Shown here piece by piece: positions 36,929 through 49,548 of a stretch of DNA of 64,000 bases; position 1 is the stretch's first letter; every line of letters begins with the position of its first letter. Origin of the DNA: Ptychomitrium polyphyllum (taxonomy: Eukaryota); the NCBI GenBank assembly GCA_973851085.1, contig OZ316776.1, forward strand, positions 11,098,001 through 11,162,000, given 5' to 3'. The notes under the pieces were generated by a model that saw nothing but the letters and a program-made list of their open reading frames with translations, was not told the origin of the DNA and did no database searches. A program made the position numbers and the translations under genes.

Positions 36929-39900
36929 TTGAATTTCTCTCAAAATTTCCTGCACAATTCAGAAGAGGAGTCTATTGATGTTCTCTGTAGAGGCGTTTTG
37001 AGGAAGTTTCCTACCAAGGTTCGGAATGTAATTTTTGCTACAATTTGGTGACACTTCTTCTGAGATTTAGTGCAAAACAGAGTGTGATGGTAAGTTTTTC
37101 TCATTCACATGAGTAAAGGAGCAAGTATTAGAACTGAGACTGCATGAGACTCCTGCAATTATACTCATCCATTATTCCTCTTTACACTTAGAACACCCCC
37201 ATCATGTACCTTGCAGCTAGGAAACGTTTGAAAATTGCCTTGTCACAAGTGGTCAATTGGCTCGCATTCAATTACCGGTGGCAATATCTAACCAAGTCAT
37301 GCTGGTCAGGCATCCACTTGAAAATTGTCAGCAGCCTCAGTTCCGTGTGCCTTCGGACACTTCGAGAAATCAACTCTTTCGAAGTTTAGAGACTTTGGAC
37401 ACCTTGTTAGAAATTTTTCAAATTTTACAATATTCTTTTCTTCGATTTTGGTTTACATTACTGCATAGTGGTACTGTTCTGTACCTCGATTAAAACGGGA
37501 AACGAGAAACTTGGGCTCGAGTGGTCGATTCTAAGACCTGTACAAGAGCTTAGGAGGTGGCTGCAGCGCAACAGAGTTTCTCGTCTCCGACTGATTCTTG
37601 TCGATGTATGAATATCTTTTACCCAGGTTGATACTCTAATAATTTGATCGGTTTTTAAGAAGTGGCGCTCTTCAAAGTTCAATTGCGGACTGTGATACAC
37701 ACTGCTCTTCAGATACAAGGGATAATTTAAAGATTTTTACCTTATTTCTTGCATTTCATCTGCCCTTTCAGTGCGATTTAGACTCTGGAGCGGGAATTCT
37801 GAGATGAGCATTCTGACAGGCACTTCCTCAAGTGATTGAGCATTCTGTTTCATAATTTTCTTAATTCTTTGCAATGTTGCCTTTGAGCTTGGTGTGAGTG
37901 AGAGATATTTAGCTGCTGGGGTTGTCAATTTGACGGTGGGAAAGGATTTGAAGTTGATGTGCGTTGATTCTTGTGCTTAAAATTTGCCCAATTTCGGTTT
38001 GCGTTATGTCTTGGCCAATATAAGGCTGAAGCAATTGGACTTGCCGCATTCTTGGGCTGAGTTTCTCGGATTTGAGCTGAAGCGGCATCGACCGAGCATC
38101 GGCAGCGCAGGGATTTCTGCGTCTTTTTGCTGGCTCTGTTATTTCGGTTTAATTAGTGTTTGAGTTTGGAGTATTCTCGTACCACCGGCAGATAAGAAGG
38201 CGCTGGTTTGATTTGGACTCTTGATAGAGAAGACATTTGAACCTGTATGAGCAGATTCCAAGGCGAACATTCTCCGTCATAAAGGATAGTGAGGATGACC
38301 GATTTATCTTCAATAGGTCCTGGAAATCAAACCTCAGTCATTTGGAGATATCGGACAGTTGCTGAAGAGTGCCGAAAGTGAGAAGGAGATCATTCTAAAG
38401 AGGATATATCTTAATTCGGAGGTCGAGGAGCTCCGAACAAGTTTGATGCGTTAGAGATGGGCTGCAGAAAATGCTAACGGAACACTTAATTTTGCGTCAG
38501 AGCGCTAGAAGGCTCTGCAGCTCAGGAAGCAGGAGCTGCTGGTGAGCTACCTGAACCGAGGATCCAGCAGATTTTGACACAAGGAGCGATATGAGCAAGT
38601 TTTGAATGGGAGCCGATTTCATACTAAGAGCTCGGAAGGGTTTGAAGAAATTGGAGCGGAATACTGCGGCCCATTCAAGTCTAACGGAGTTTGACCAAAA
38701 CAGCAGAGACAGCTAGAATGGAACATGACGATATACTTGGGATCGTCCCCCTTACAGTGCTGCAGATGAGACAGCCCGTAAGCTCGAGCGTGATCATCTA
38801 GATCGTTGAATGAAGATTTTAAAGCAACAGATGCAGCTCAGGTCCATTGCTGAGTCACCCGAAGCACCCTAAGAGGACCACAAGGAGGGCTGGTAGAGTA
38901 TCACTTGGGGGTTGTGGATACACAGTGACACCCTCACCAATGAACACGAGCTATATCTGCTGCTGTAAAACCTTGATCCAACGATAAATATAAGCGCACT
39001 CGAGACTAAGAGCTTTAGTATCTAAGCGGTTGGGCACATTCGTAAGCATAACTTCATATTCCTTTGTGGCCAATCCTGCATTTTCGGTCAATTCGGTGAG
39101 GCTTGTCTGCGTTCAGAGCTGCTATGTATTCTGCTCCTCCGCCTGAAATGTCCCCAGCCCATCTCAAATGCATCGCACGTGTTCGGAGCTCTTCCCTTCC
39201 AATCCAAGTTATTATCTACTTTAGAATGTTCTCTCTTTTAGCATTCTTCAGATGCAGTCTAGTATCCTCCCACCATGATCTCGTGGAACAATTTGGCCTT
39301 CCTGATTATCCTCCATAACGGAGAATGTGAACTTCATACATGTTCAAACGTCTCCTCCGTCACAAGTCCAATCAAACAGAGTGTCAGAGCTCACTTGTCC
39401 TTTGATCACAGAAAACTGAGGACCGCATGATACACTAGACAGAGACTCTATCAGGTTTCTAGAGAACCACCTTACTACATACAACAGAGAAAACAACGTC
39501 GAATTCCTCGCACACCAATTTCCTAACATAGGAACTGCATAGAAAATGAAAACGTTGGCAAAGGCCTATCCAATAAATCATGGAACAACCCTGTCATCAT
39601 GTATCTGAGCCACTCACAGTTCTTGCAATTACTCACTAAGCCACTACATATCCGCACTTACTCATGTGAGTCCACTAGGATTCAAATTCAAACCATGTAC
39701 ATGTGAAATATTCATTGACACTAAATCAACAGTGAGTTCATGACTTGGCAACAACCAGCTACAGCCTAAGAAATTTATACAAATCCATGCTAAAAGATAT
39801 GGAGTATGAGATTCTTAATTTAAAAGGTACAAAGTAAGGTGATGCCTTTGTCATGATTTGTTTCTTGATTACTTGTCATTGCTTGAGAAATATTGTAAAC

Positions 39901-41269
39901 AATTAATCTATGTTTGACATAAACTAAGAACTCGAACAAATACACAATTTGTTTTCTTTATTTTCCTATGGATACAAATTTTTCTTTTTCTTAATGATAA
40001 CAATTTAGTTTGAAGCACATACATCTTTTATATGGTAATGACATGCCATTGTTCCATTGGCAAATATATCATATTCAAATTATTCCAAGTATACTTCAAT
40101 ATGTGGGTTTTAGAGATTTAAAACAATAGTTGAACAATTGAGTTATTGTTTGTAAAAGCATTTTTATCATCATAGCAAATTACCATTAGTTAATTGTAAG
40201 TTGTAATTTGCGTCATAAATTCATTTGAGGGTTTGCTTATTAAAGAGGATTTATTGCTAAATAAAACTTACCAAATTTATTGTTTGCCTTTTCATTCTAG
40301 TCATCTTAATAATTTAGTTATAACAAAGGTATCAAATTCTTGATTTGAAAATAGAAAATGCATATAAAAATACTAAAATTGTAATATGAACATATTTTAA
40401 GTTTAATGGATTTTTTGAGATAATTTTTTGAAGACAATATTAATACATGTTTTTAATTTTAATGTTTTCTAAGTTTTTAATGATTGTTATTTGAAGAAAA
40501 GTAAATGCTTAGTATGTAACACAAAGATAAAGATTATATAACCAAATGAAAGAAATAAAAAGTCATTATAAATATATGTCAATTTTTGACCTTAGACATG
40601 AACATATTTTTCCATGAACATCAACACATCCTTGCTAAAACATTGAAACCATGGACTTGAAGGATCAAGCATAGGAGGCCCTTGTAGATCCATGTCTACC
40701 TGGTTAACCTCCAATCCGGCCCATTTATGTGCTTACATCACTCCTTCAATCATGCCCATTCTTGGGTCCAAAGAGGCCCTGCAAATCCTAAAGCCTCCTT
40801 AAGAACCAAGAACACCCTGGCAAAAGAAAGAACTACAAAAATCACATAGCAAACTTTTCATCCCATAAGCAAATATTTCATTTTTCTTGAAACATAAGAT
40901 TCACCTTTCAAAACATTCATCATATGATTTTCAGTATTTGAGCTCAAAATAACTACAAATGATCCAAAACATGGCTAAAATAATCCTGTTGTATATTTAT
41001 CGTTCGTCTGTGCATTTTGTTTCCAATTTCCCTACTACCGTCTGTGGTCACGGTACATGCAGCAGCAACATCTCAAAACCGCAACAATGTGTTTGTAACA
41101 CGCAGGGAAAACTTGGCAACACCGACATTAGTGATCGAAAGGTTAGCATGTGATCTTCCTGTTCCCATGTGGAATGGAGTGAAAGGCTGCCTGTGGCATA
41201 CCATTCATTGGATGAGGTTGTCAGTTTTAATGCCGGTGATCACTTCCGCAAGTCCTTTGACTAAAGAGA

Positions 41270-41450
41270 AAGCATGTCGGCTTCATGTCTGCCATGGATA
41301 CCGCCCTTCGAAAGGGTTCAAGGCATTCCACTCCAACTATGAGCGCGAGCAAGCGCTGCTCGGTAGCCAAATCCCGGCCACTACTTTGCGACCTACGTGA
41401 TTGTACGAGAACGCGGTGTTCAACTTCGCAGAGGCTATGAGGCGGATGCG
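41270..41450 (+). pseudogene. Internal NmrA-like fragment derived from copy A
   Basis: Aligns with copy A KHVVFMSSMDADPSKGFKTFHSNYEREQALLGSEIPATILRPTWFHENVVFNFAE. Carries a 1-bp deletion near 41303 and a Trp-to-TGA change at 41398-41400. Confidence 0.9.
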
Positions 41451-42889
41451 CGTGTTCCGATAATACTAGTATCTCTGCGATGAATTCGTGCTTTGGGTGT
41501 ACCTTAGCCTGTGAATCTCTGTGTACATCAAGCTGTGAATCTGTGTCTCTAGGAACATTATTCTCTGGATTTCTCTGTCTCATTTTGCATTCCGAAAGTT
41601 GATGAGATTGTTCATGAATTTCTTTTGCTCGCTTTACCGTCTTGCTCGCTTTCCAATCAGTTGTAATCTGAATCTGAATTTTAAATTGTGTTGATGCTTT
41701 TAAGCTGTGAAAATCTAGGTATGGAAAGCTGGAACATATGACATCTATAGCTCTGACGGTTCAACTTTGTATGTAAAGTCTTTGAGAAGGGGCAAATATA
41801 CGGCGTTGTACTTTGCTATGTTTCTCAACTGGACGTCGGAACAAGATCAATTTCACACTTACTATATAGAAGATGTTATTTCCACCTTGTTACTCAAAAG
41901 GATAATGGTGAACATGTTCTTTTATCAAAAAGATTGTTCTTGCTTGGCAAGAACTATCTTATAAATTCATCGCGAAATTATCACCAACAGAAAACAGACT
42001 GACTGTCCATAACAACTTTTCTGAGGAATCAGCAGGCACATCCATCGCAATAGTTGATCCTGAAATGAAGTGGGCTGTGAACCGAGTACCCCATCGATGA
42101 AGGAGGGCCGGGGTTGTCCAATGAACGGGAACGAGACGGTTTGGGACGACCATCTGAAGAGGCGGCTGGTGCCATTGCCAACCAACTCCATCTCCCACCA
42201 GACCCACTGAGTCTCCATTCCGAAATTTCATTCCATACCTTGCACGTTTCGGAACCGAAAATATTACACTTCAAAGCTTGATAATAGTATTGTTCTTTGA
42301 TGATCTTAATCCAATTTGAATTCACTCTTCCCTAGCAAAAGACTGTAAGCGAGTGAGAGGGATCAGAGAGGACGTCTGGAAGAAACAAGTAGATGGGGTG
42401 CATTTGAAGATACTTCCTACCGACATAAGCTCATCGTGTTTACCATGGCATACAATACATAACGCAGTCGCCATCGAGAGAGTTCACAACGAGAGCTGCC
42501 AGTTAGGGAGACGAATAATAACCTGCAACTCTCAGACGTACGCCAATCGTGAAATGCAAATTTTACATATGATTGATTAGCAGCAAGTTGAGTCCCAAAC
42601 AATCCATCCCTGCAACTCATGTATTGATTAATAAATTTGGTTTTAAGAATGGCAATAAGACATTGAACGTGCAAATCTGGAATAACGTCTAATGGTGTTT
42701 ATGGCGCAGGTTGCAAGCAGGTGATCATGGTAGGAGCTGCTCTCAATCTTTCTGCATTCCTTCCAAGAAGGCGGATCGTCTTGACCAAAAACACCAGGTA
42801 GAAAAAACTCATTCAACACAGCAACCTTTAGATGGAAATTTCAAAAAAATGATGGACCAATCTCCGTTCTGATCTCACACGATGTATAG

Positions 42890-44090
42890 TTCGAGCGAAA
42901 TTCGATCACTTTGGAAAGGTCTCATCCTTCCTTGGTTGCAATCACTTGGCGCCATTGCAACCACCGGATGTATGGCAGACAGCTTGCCTCAGGGATGTAG
43001 ACTAGCCCGATCCTCTCTTCCCCGCTCTCATCCTGCGATCTAGAGCGCGTCCGGAGTGCTCATCTCCTCCCGATCCATGCGTTCGTCGCAAGAGTTTCAG
43101 TCGTCATCTCACCCTGATCATCGTAGAACGACAGGTCCTGCTGGCGTTCCGAAATCCTGACGGAGCATGAGAAAACGCAGGCTCAATGTGCTGACACCGT
43201 GTTGTGAGGTGCAGAGCCACGAGCCCCACCATTTTGGGAGCCAGGGCCCCCGTGGCGATGATGGTGAGCGTGGTGGCGCTCATGTGGGCGCTCTGCTGCG
43301 TGGGCGTTGTGCATAGCGCGGACATGGACTCCGACTTGGTGGAGACCGAGACCGGGTGGCGGTTCGGCGACGATGACATGATCGACGCCTTCGACGCCCC
43401 AGCCCCGTCGCCGGCCGGCCCGACCACGGCGTCGGCCCCCGCGGCCACAGCCAAGGGAGGCGTGATCCCGCTCGTCGACGGTGACTTCGAGCAGTGCACC
43501 GCGGTGACCACCGGCACGACGTTGGTGGACAACACCACCACCCTCCTGCCCAACTGGCTCCCGGGCGGCGCCGGCGTGACGATCTATCCCGGCGCCCTGT
43601 ACGGGGGCGCCGCTTCCGGGAACAAGTTCTGCGTCATGCTCAACAACCCGGGCTTGGCGACCACCAGCAACGGCACGCAGGGCTCTCTGCAGACCACCCT
43701 GGCGGCCAACCCGGCCACCGGCAAGACGTACACTGTGCACTACGATGTGGCGCGCGCGCCAGACGGCCCCATCAACCTGGTGGCGGCGATCAGGGTCTCG
43801 GCCATGCAGGGCGCCACCACGCACGACTGGGTGATCCACTGGGTGCCGTACAACGTGACCGACACGATGGGCCACAGCACCTGGACGAAGCAAAGCATGG
43901 TGTACACGGGCACCGGAGCGCAGACGGTGATCAAGTTCGAGAGCATGTCGGAGAAGTACGGTCCCATGATCGACAACGTCCAGACCCTGACTGGGAGCCA
44001 TCCGCTCGCGGCGGCGCCGCTGGGCAAGGTGGCGGGGCTGTGCCAGAGAACCCTCCCCGTCCTCTCGCTGCTTGCGCTCGCTGCAGTCTC
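42890..44090 (+). repeat. Left arm of a ~1.2 kb near-perfect inverted repeat (partner 49561-50762)
   Basis: Reverse-complement match covering the DUF642 CDS and about 370 bp upstream of its ATG. Confidence 0.93.
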
Positions 44091-44103
44091 ACACATTCTT
44101 TAG
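43258..44103 (+). CDS. DUF642-type secreted protein, copy 2
   Basis: Same architecture as copy 1; protein identical to copy 3 except the last two residues (SHIL vs SHVF). Confidence 0.8.
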   Translation: MMVSVVALMWALCCVGVVHSADMDSDLVETETGWRFGDDDMIDAFDAPAPSPAGPTTASAPAATAKGGVIPLVDGDFEQCTAVTTGTTLVDNTTTLLPNWLPGGAGVTIYPGALYGGAASGNKFCVMLNNPGLATTSNGTQGSLQTTLAANPATGKTYTVHYDVARAPDGPINLVAAIRVSAMQGATTHDWVIHWVPYNVTDTMGHSTWTKQSMVYTGTGAQTVIKFESMSEKYGPMIDNVQTLTGSHPLAAAPLGKVAGLCQRTLPVLSLLALAAVSHIL

Positions 44104-45129
44104 TCGTCTGCGAAGTTCCGATGGAGTTAGGGTTTGGAGATTAAGACATCAACATTCTTGGACATGAGGTTTACCCCCTGTTGTCAATGGATTGTTAAGT
44201 ACTGGGTCAGATTTCTTACAGTTCTCGTGATTAGAGTGCATAAACCCTTCGAATCACGTAATTAGCGCCGCTGCACTTTTGGCTTTGTCTCGACTCTCTT
44301 CGGTTCATTCAGAACTCTTGCGTGCGTCGAATGTCAACATCGCAGAAGTTCTATGTGCTTGATAAGTTTCTTGAAAGATTAATAAAAGAAGTGAAAAGTA
44401 TTTCTAGCTTTTCGGTGTCGGTGCGATACTCTGCCCCTTGTCCAGACCTCTGGATCAGGAGACATGTAGCATTGTACATTATACAGTACAAGTCACTTGT
44501 ACTATGCTCGGGAATTGAGTTAGTCAGATCGAATCTCCGAGATTCTTTAATGAAGATGCTTGCCGCTGTGCCAGTGGTGCTAGCCTATGAAATCTTCCGT
44601 TTTATCCAAAAGACATTAATTCTGGAAAGGATTCGTCCCTGTCACATCAGGTCCGCTCTTCTATGTAAGGGTCCTGAATCATCGCAGAATTTGCCACCTG
44701 CTGTGGACCAAACATATCAGCAGTTCCAGGTGGTGTCCCAGTTCCGTGCCAAGTGTTTTGTAAATCTGTCGGACCCACGAGGTCGCCCACTATGCCCAAC
44801 TTCTGTTGAGTCTTTGGTATCTTTTCGTTTTGCAGGTGCTTGTACGTCTAGATGGAGATAGAAGGCAGTCACTTATGTGATGTTGTGTCACCACGATTTT
44901 GAGGTTGTAGTGGTACAGCCAACGGAGTACAGTAGTCATCAGCCATCGTATTGGAGGGTAGTGGGATTCCGGTTTTTAAAATTCCAAAAGTAAGGTAGGG
45001 CTGGGGGTTCGACTTTTTTGGGAAGCTCAAGAGAAGAAGGTGGGAGCCAGAGGTGATCCGGAGAAAAAGGAGCAAAGAGTTTTGTGCAGGATTGTTCTGT
45101 TGGTGTTTTGGATTGCTTTTTGGAGTGCA

Positions 45130-48100
45130 ATGGAGTTGGGAATGTCCATTGTTTTAGGACTTCGTGTGTTGTGGGGTCTGGCGGTAGCGGGAGCGCTGAT
45201 CGGATTGTTGCCGCTCGGAGCAGTGAGCGAGTTTGTGCGTGATTTGTCTCGTCGGGGGAAACTCAAATTGGCGAGTACTGCCGAAAGTCCACCGGTTCGA
45301 GCTCTTCCTTGTCGTTTGCTGCTTGCTGTTGCTTCTGCTTCTGCTTCTCGTGCACACTGATTGTATGCTTTAGTTTCTGAGGGTGATCGAATGGTGCCTC
45401 ATTCTGCGGAACGATACTCCATGGTTGCCAGGTTGAAAGTTTAGGTTTGTGTTGTGAGATTGAGGTGTTGATCATTCGCTTTGGCAATAGCTGCTCAATG
45501 AGTACATGATGCCCTACTGTCTTTCATGTCCGCAACGTAGTGAGTGTGCTGTCCCTGGCAAGTGCGTTGTGCATTGCGTTTCATGCGAGCACCTGTTCAT
45601 GTTTTGGAAACCCTAAGTAAGCCCTTTTTGGCTGGTTTGAGAGATTCATGTATAGATAGTGAATGCACTACTTAGATTCTTGGTGGGATGCGGAGGTATT
45701 TCCGAGATGCGTGTCCTACATCACTTGATTTGTAAGTCGACGTACAGTAGTATGTATTGTGCAAGAGTTGTGACCTCATCCTCGTGCTTCTTTACAGAGG
45801 TTTACAGTTCCACAGCGCTGGTTCGCTCATTATTATGTGCTGGGATCTCTTGTGAATACGCTGCTGCTTGTAGTCACTTTCTTGTTTGCATACTCGTGTA
45901 CAATTCCAATGTCATCGCATGAATCTCAAGTTTCGGCCATCCTTGCTCAGTTGGGAGGTAATAAAATTCATGTCTTCGTGTTCCTCAATGAAAGTTCTTG
46001 CTCCAGGAATTTTAGCTCCTCCTTGTTTTTTCACCTGTTTTCCCTCTTTGGGAGCTGTTTGGGATTTTTAGAGATTATTATTAGCTATTCTTGCTTTAAG
46101 ATGGTGATCAATCCAGCATTGCTAACCACAAGTAATCTAGTTTTTTGTTTGTTGGTAACGCGTGACAACTTGTGGAACACAGTTTATTTCCGTTTGAAGT
46201 GATTTCTCTTGATGTCGCAGGTGCGGGCACAAGTGATTCAAGTGGAGGGGTGGGCAATGTGGGGCACCTTGCAAAATACAGAGGGCGGGCATGGGGTTCC
46301 TTTCTATTGCTTGCGATGCTGGAGCTTCAACTACTCCGAAGACTGTTAGAGAGCATCCACATTTCTCAGTACAGCCCATTAGCCAGAATGCATATTCTTG
46401 GCTATTTGGTTGGATTGGGGTAACTCCGCCGCTTTCCCCTTTCCATGTTCTCTTCTTTTTCCTTTCATTTTTGCTACATCACTTGCTTTCAACAAATCAG
46501 TTCACGTATACCTGTTCACCACTTATTAGGTAAGTATGCGGTTTACATGGATGAGGTTGCACATGGAGAATCCCAAAATTTAAGGTGCTCAGTAATGGTA
46601 AGATGCTCAATGTAGATCTATTGGCGAGCTACTGACGGGCTAGCGAAATGTGCTCCTTCCGCAGGTTCTATCCAGCAGCGTCCGTTACCCTCTTCTCCCA
46701 GCATTTCCAAGACCAAGCTTACTTGTCTTTAATCTGCAAGTTTATCGTTCAAAGGCTTGGAAGCGCTTGGATCCTGCACATAGGTCCGCCCCTGTTCAAT
46801 CCTCAGATTAAGTTGCAGGAATATGCGAAGAGTATACAGGGTTTGGAAGCGTTTCAGTGGGTTGGCTTGGTCGTTTTTTTATTGGGCTGGATCCAGCAGT
46901 ACCGATTACATTCTATACTGGTAGGTGCTCTATTGTCTTCTTTATCTCCAGTACAGTACCTTTTCCTCCCTCGATGAACTTCATTTCTTTCTGCTAAATT
47001 GTCTTTCTCGCTGATTAGCGGCAGCTGCCATTAATAATCTTTGTTCGTGAAGGCTGCCATTAAATGGATGATTCACTCTCAAAATCACTGACAGATCTGC
47101 AAAGGAAGAGTTTGAAGTAAAGATCTAATTAGGTTGTAGCGATTTGGTCATCATGGGTCAGTATAAATAGAGACAATATCTTTAAAAATTACTACTAATG
47201 AATTCCAGAGACTTCTCAGAGATGGATGTGAGTTAATTATTTGTTGTGGTTAAAGTTTTCCTTTTAGTTGGGGACAAGGGATGTTAATCATTTATGGAGG
47301 TACTCATTAATTTCTCTTTTGGCAGGCCTCTTTAAGAGCTAAGAAAGTGCGCACTGGTGTTGAAGCAGTGTTGAAGCCCTACTCATTAGACCAAAAAAGA
47401 GTTGATCGATATGAGATTCCACAGGGGAGCTGGTTCGAATGGGTCTCGTGTGCGCACTATTTGGCTGAAATTGTGCGTGTTTTACATTTATCTCTACTTG
47501 TACCGGTCTCTCCCCGGTACCTTTGGTACAATTTACTGACACAGCAAAGTATCATAGTATGTGCACGTCTTTTGTGTTCGTTTGTGTGCTCTTTAGCTTC
47601 ATGTACGTTCATTAGAGATAATTTACTTTTGTGGAAATGATCATCTCTTATACATTTTCTCATTTGTATTTTTTGCTGCATCTGTGGGAGCAGGTGTTGT
47701 ATGCTGGAATTGTGATAGCCAGTGGAGGAAACAATCTCAACATCTGGCTGTTCTACTTATGGGTGGTGCGTACATTGCACATGTTTTTAAAATATGTTTG
47801 TATGGTTTTAATTTTTTAATTTTTATGTACTTTTATTTTTTGTAGAAAATGAATCCAACTGCTTATTTGTGTACGGGATTTTTACTTTATTTTTTATTCC
47901 TCTCTCTGATAACTGTATACCCGCAACGTTTTTTAATTTTTACAATCGAATCGTTGAACTCAGTTGTGCACGCAAAAAGAAGTAAATTAGGATAATGGAG
48001 CTCTGGGTCGCCTTGGGACTAGTTTGTTGCATGAGCTGATCACATTACTTGCTGCTTCGTGTCTTGTGTAGATACTGAATCTCACTTTGGCAGCCTCAGA

Positions 48101-48176
48101 GACACATAAATGGTACAAAAGTAAATTTGAGGATTATCCTCCATTGAGAAGAGCAATGTTTCCTTTTATTTACTGA
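45130..48176 (+). CDS. PPRD: Polyprenol reductase (SRD5A3/DFG10 family, dolichol synthesis), 7 exons: 45130-45294, 45798-45957, 46221-46419, 46665-46920, 47326-47472, 47694-47765, 48072-48176
   Basis: Phase-consistent GT-AG splicing gives RRGKL..., [19 protein letters not shown]...[80 protein letters not shown]. Confidence 0.93.
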
Positions 48177-49548
48177 GCATGATAAAAATTTCCACATGAG
48201 AGCACCATTGTAAACAGCCCGAGGTTTGATATGCTACAGTCCTCGTAGAAATGACCACATACGAAATGATTTGGTCCTAGTTGACAGAACTGAGCTGTCT
48301 TTTTAAGTATGGTCCTTTCAGGGTTAGTATCAACTACTTTGATGGATGCTGAGACGTCGAGGGCCCGCGTTATAACTATAGCATTCAACATGTAAATGGC
48401 TGCAACCGTAATTTTAAATACCAGTTTGGAAATGAAAATGTACTCAAAATCTTATCTTTTTGTCGAATCGTTGTTTCAAAAGTTCCTTTGATTATGACAT
48501 CTCTATACACTACTCCTGTGACCTCTTTTTCCAAGGTCCTGCAACCATTATCCTTGCTATATAACTCTAGGATTCACGATAAGCGGACAACTTGTATAGT
48601 TGCACGAAAAATATGCTGTTTATCAACGTACAGCTCGAAGTTTGATGTGTCTTTAAACGTAGAAGGCGGCTTAAGTACATCACGCAAGTTATTTTTGATA
48701 TCTCTTTCCAGATGCACGTGTGTACTTTCTAAATTTCTGATATTGGTGATATATATGTGCTGGTAATACCTTTCGGACCACAATGCAACGTGTTCTATCT
48801 GTCATCTTGCATTTTCTTAGGGGTCAGTGGCTAGAGCACATGAACTACTGTGCTCAATAAATATGCAGTCCGGTACAGTACTAGAGTGCATATACATAAG
48901 AACAGTGTGAATTCACTGATTTCTGCAAGCGTTACACTCTCTTGAATTTTCGGAACCTTAGTTTATAGTCTTCAGGACTAGGACATACATCCAGATTTTT
49001 GCTTATAGTATTATAAGCAGATTCGACAGACGAAAATATATGCTATACTGTCGACCATTTCTAGTAAATATTTGCGTTATTCAAATGGACAAGTCATTGA
49101 CTTCTAACAGAGACGAGCATTGACTTCTAACAGAGAAGAGCATTGACGGGACAGTAGCTACTAACAGGCCAAGTACTCAAGTCGAACAAAATTAAAAGAA
49201 ATTTACATAGAAGAGTCAAGTGAATGAACTACTAACCAATAATACAATGTCAATGCCTCTTGGCAACTAAATCTAACTAAGGTGTCATATCAGACATCAA
49301 TTCCTCCAACAGCACTTGAATAATATAACTCGGAATCTTAACATTTTCTCAAATTTAAAGCGATGCAGCCATAGTAAAGCTGTATTTTCATACCACAAGC
49401 TTCGAAAGCATGTTCATCCAGCACCATTCTCAAACAGGTACATCAGGAAGAAGACTTTCATGGATTGGACACTCAGACCCAGCAACGGCAGCCGAGAAAC
49501 GTCTGATAATACATCGATCATATCTGCTGGAACGGTAGACAAGTTGAG

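Noticed and set aside
37700..39000. Coding-like stretch between the NmrA copies
   Set aside because: Frequent stops in all frames and no recognisable family; cannot be called as a gene or TE.
43183..44144. Long overlapping alternative-frame and antisense ORFs on the DUF642 copies
   Set aside because: Expected by-product of very high GC at third codon positions; their conservation just mirrors DNA identity between copies.
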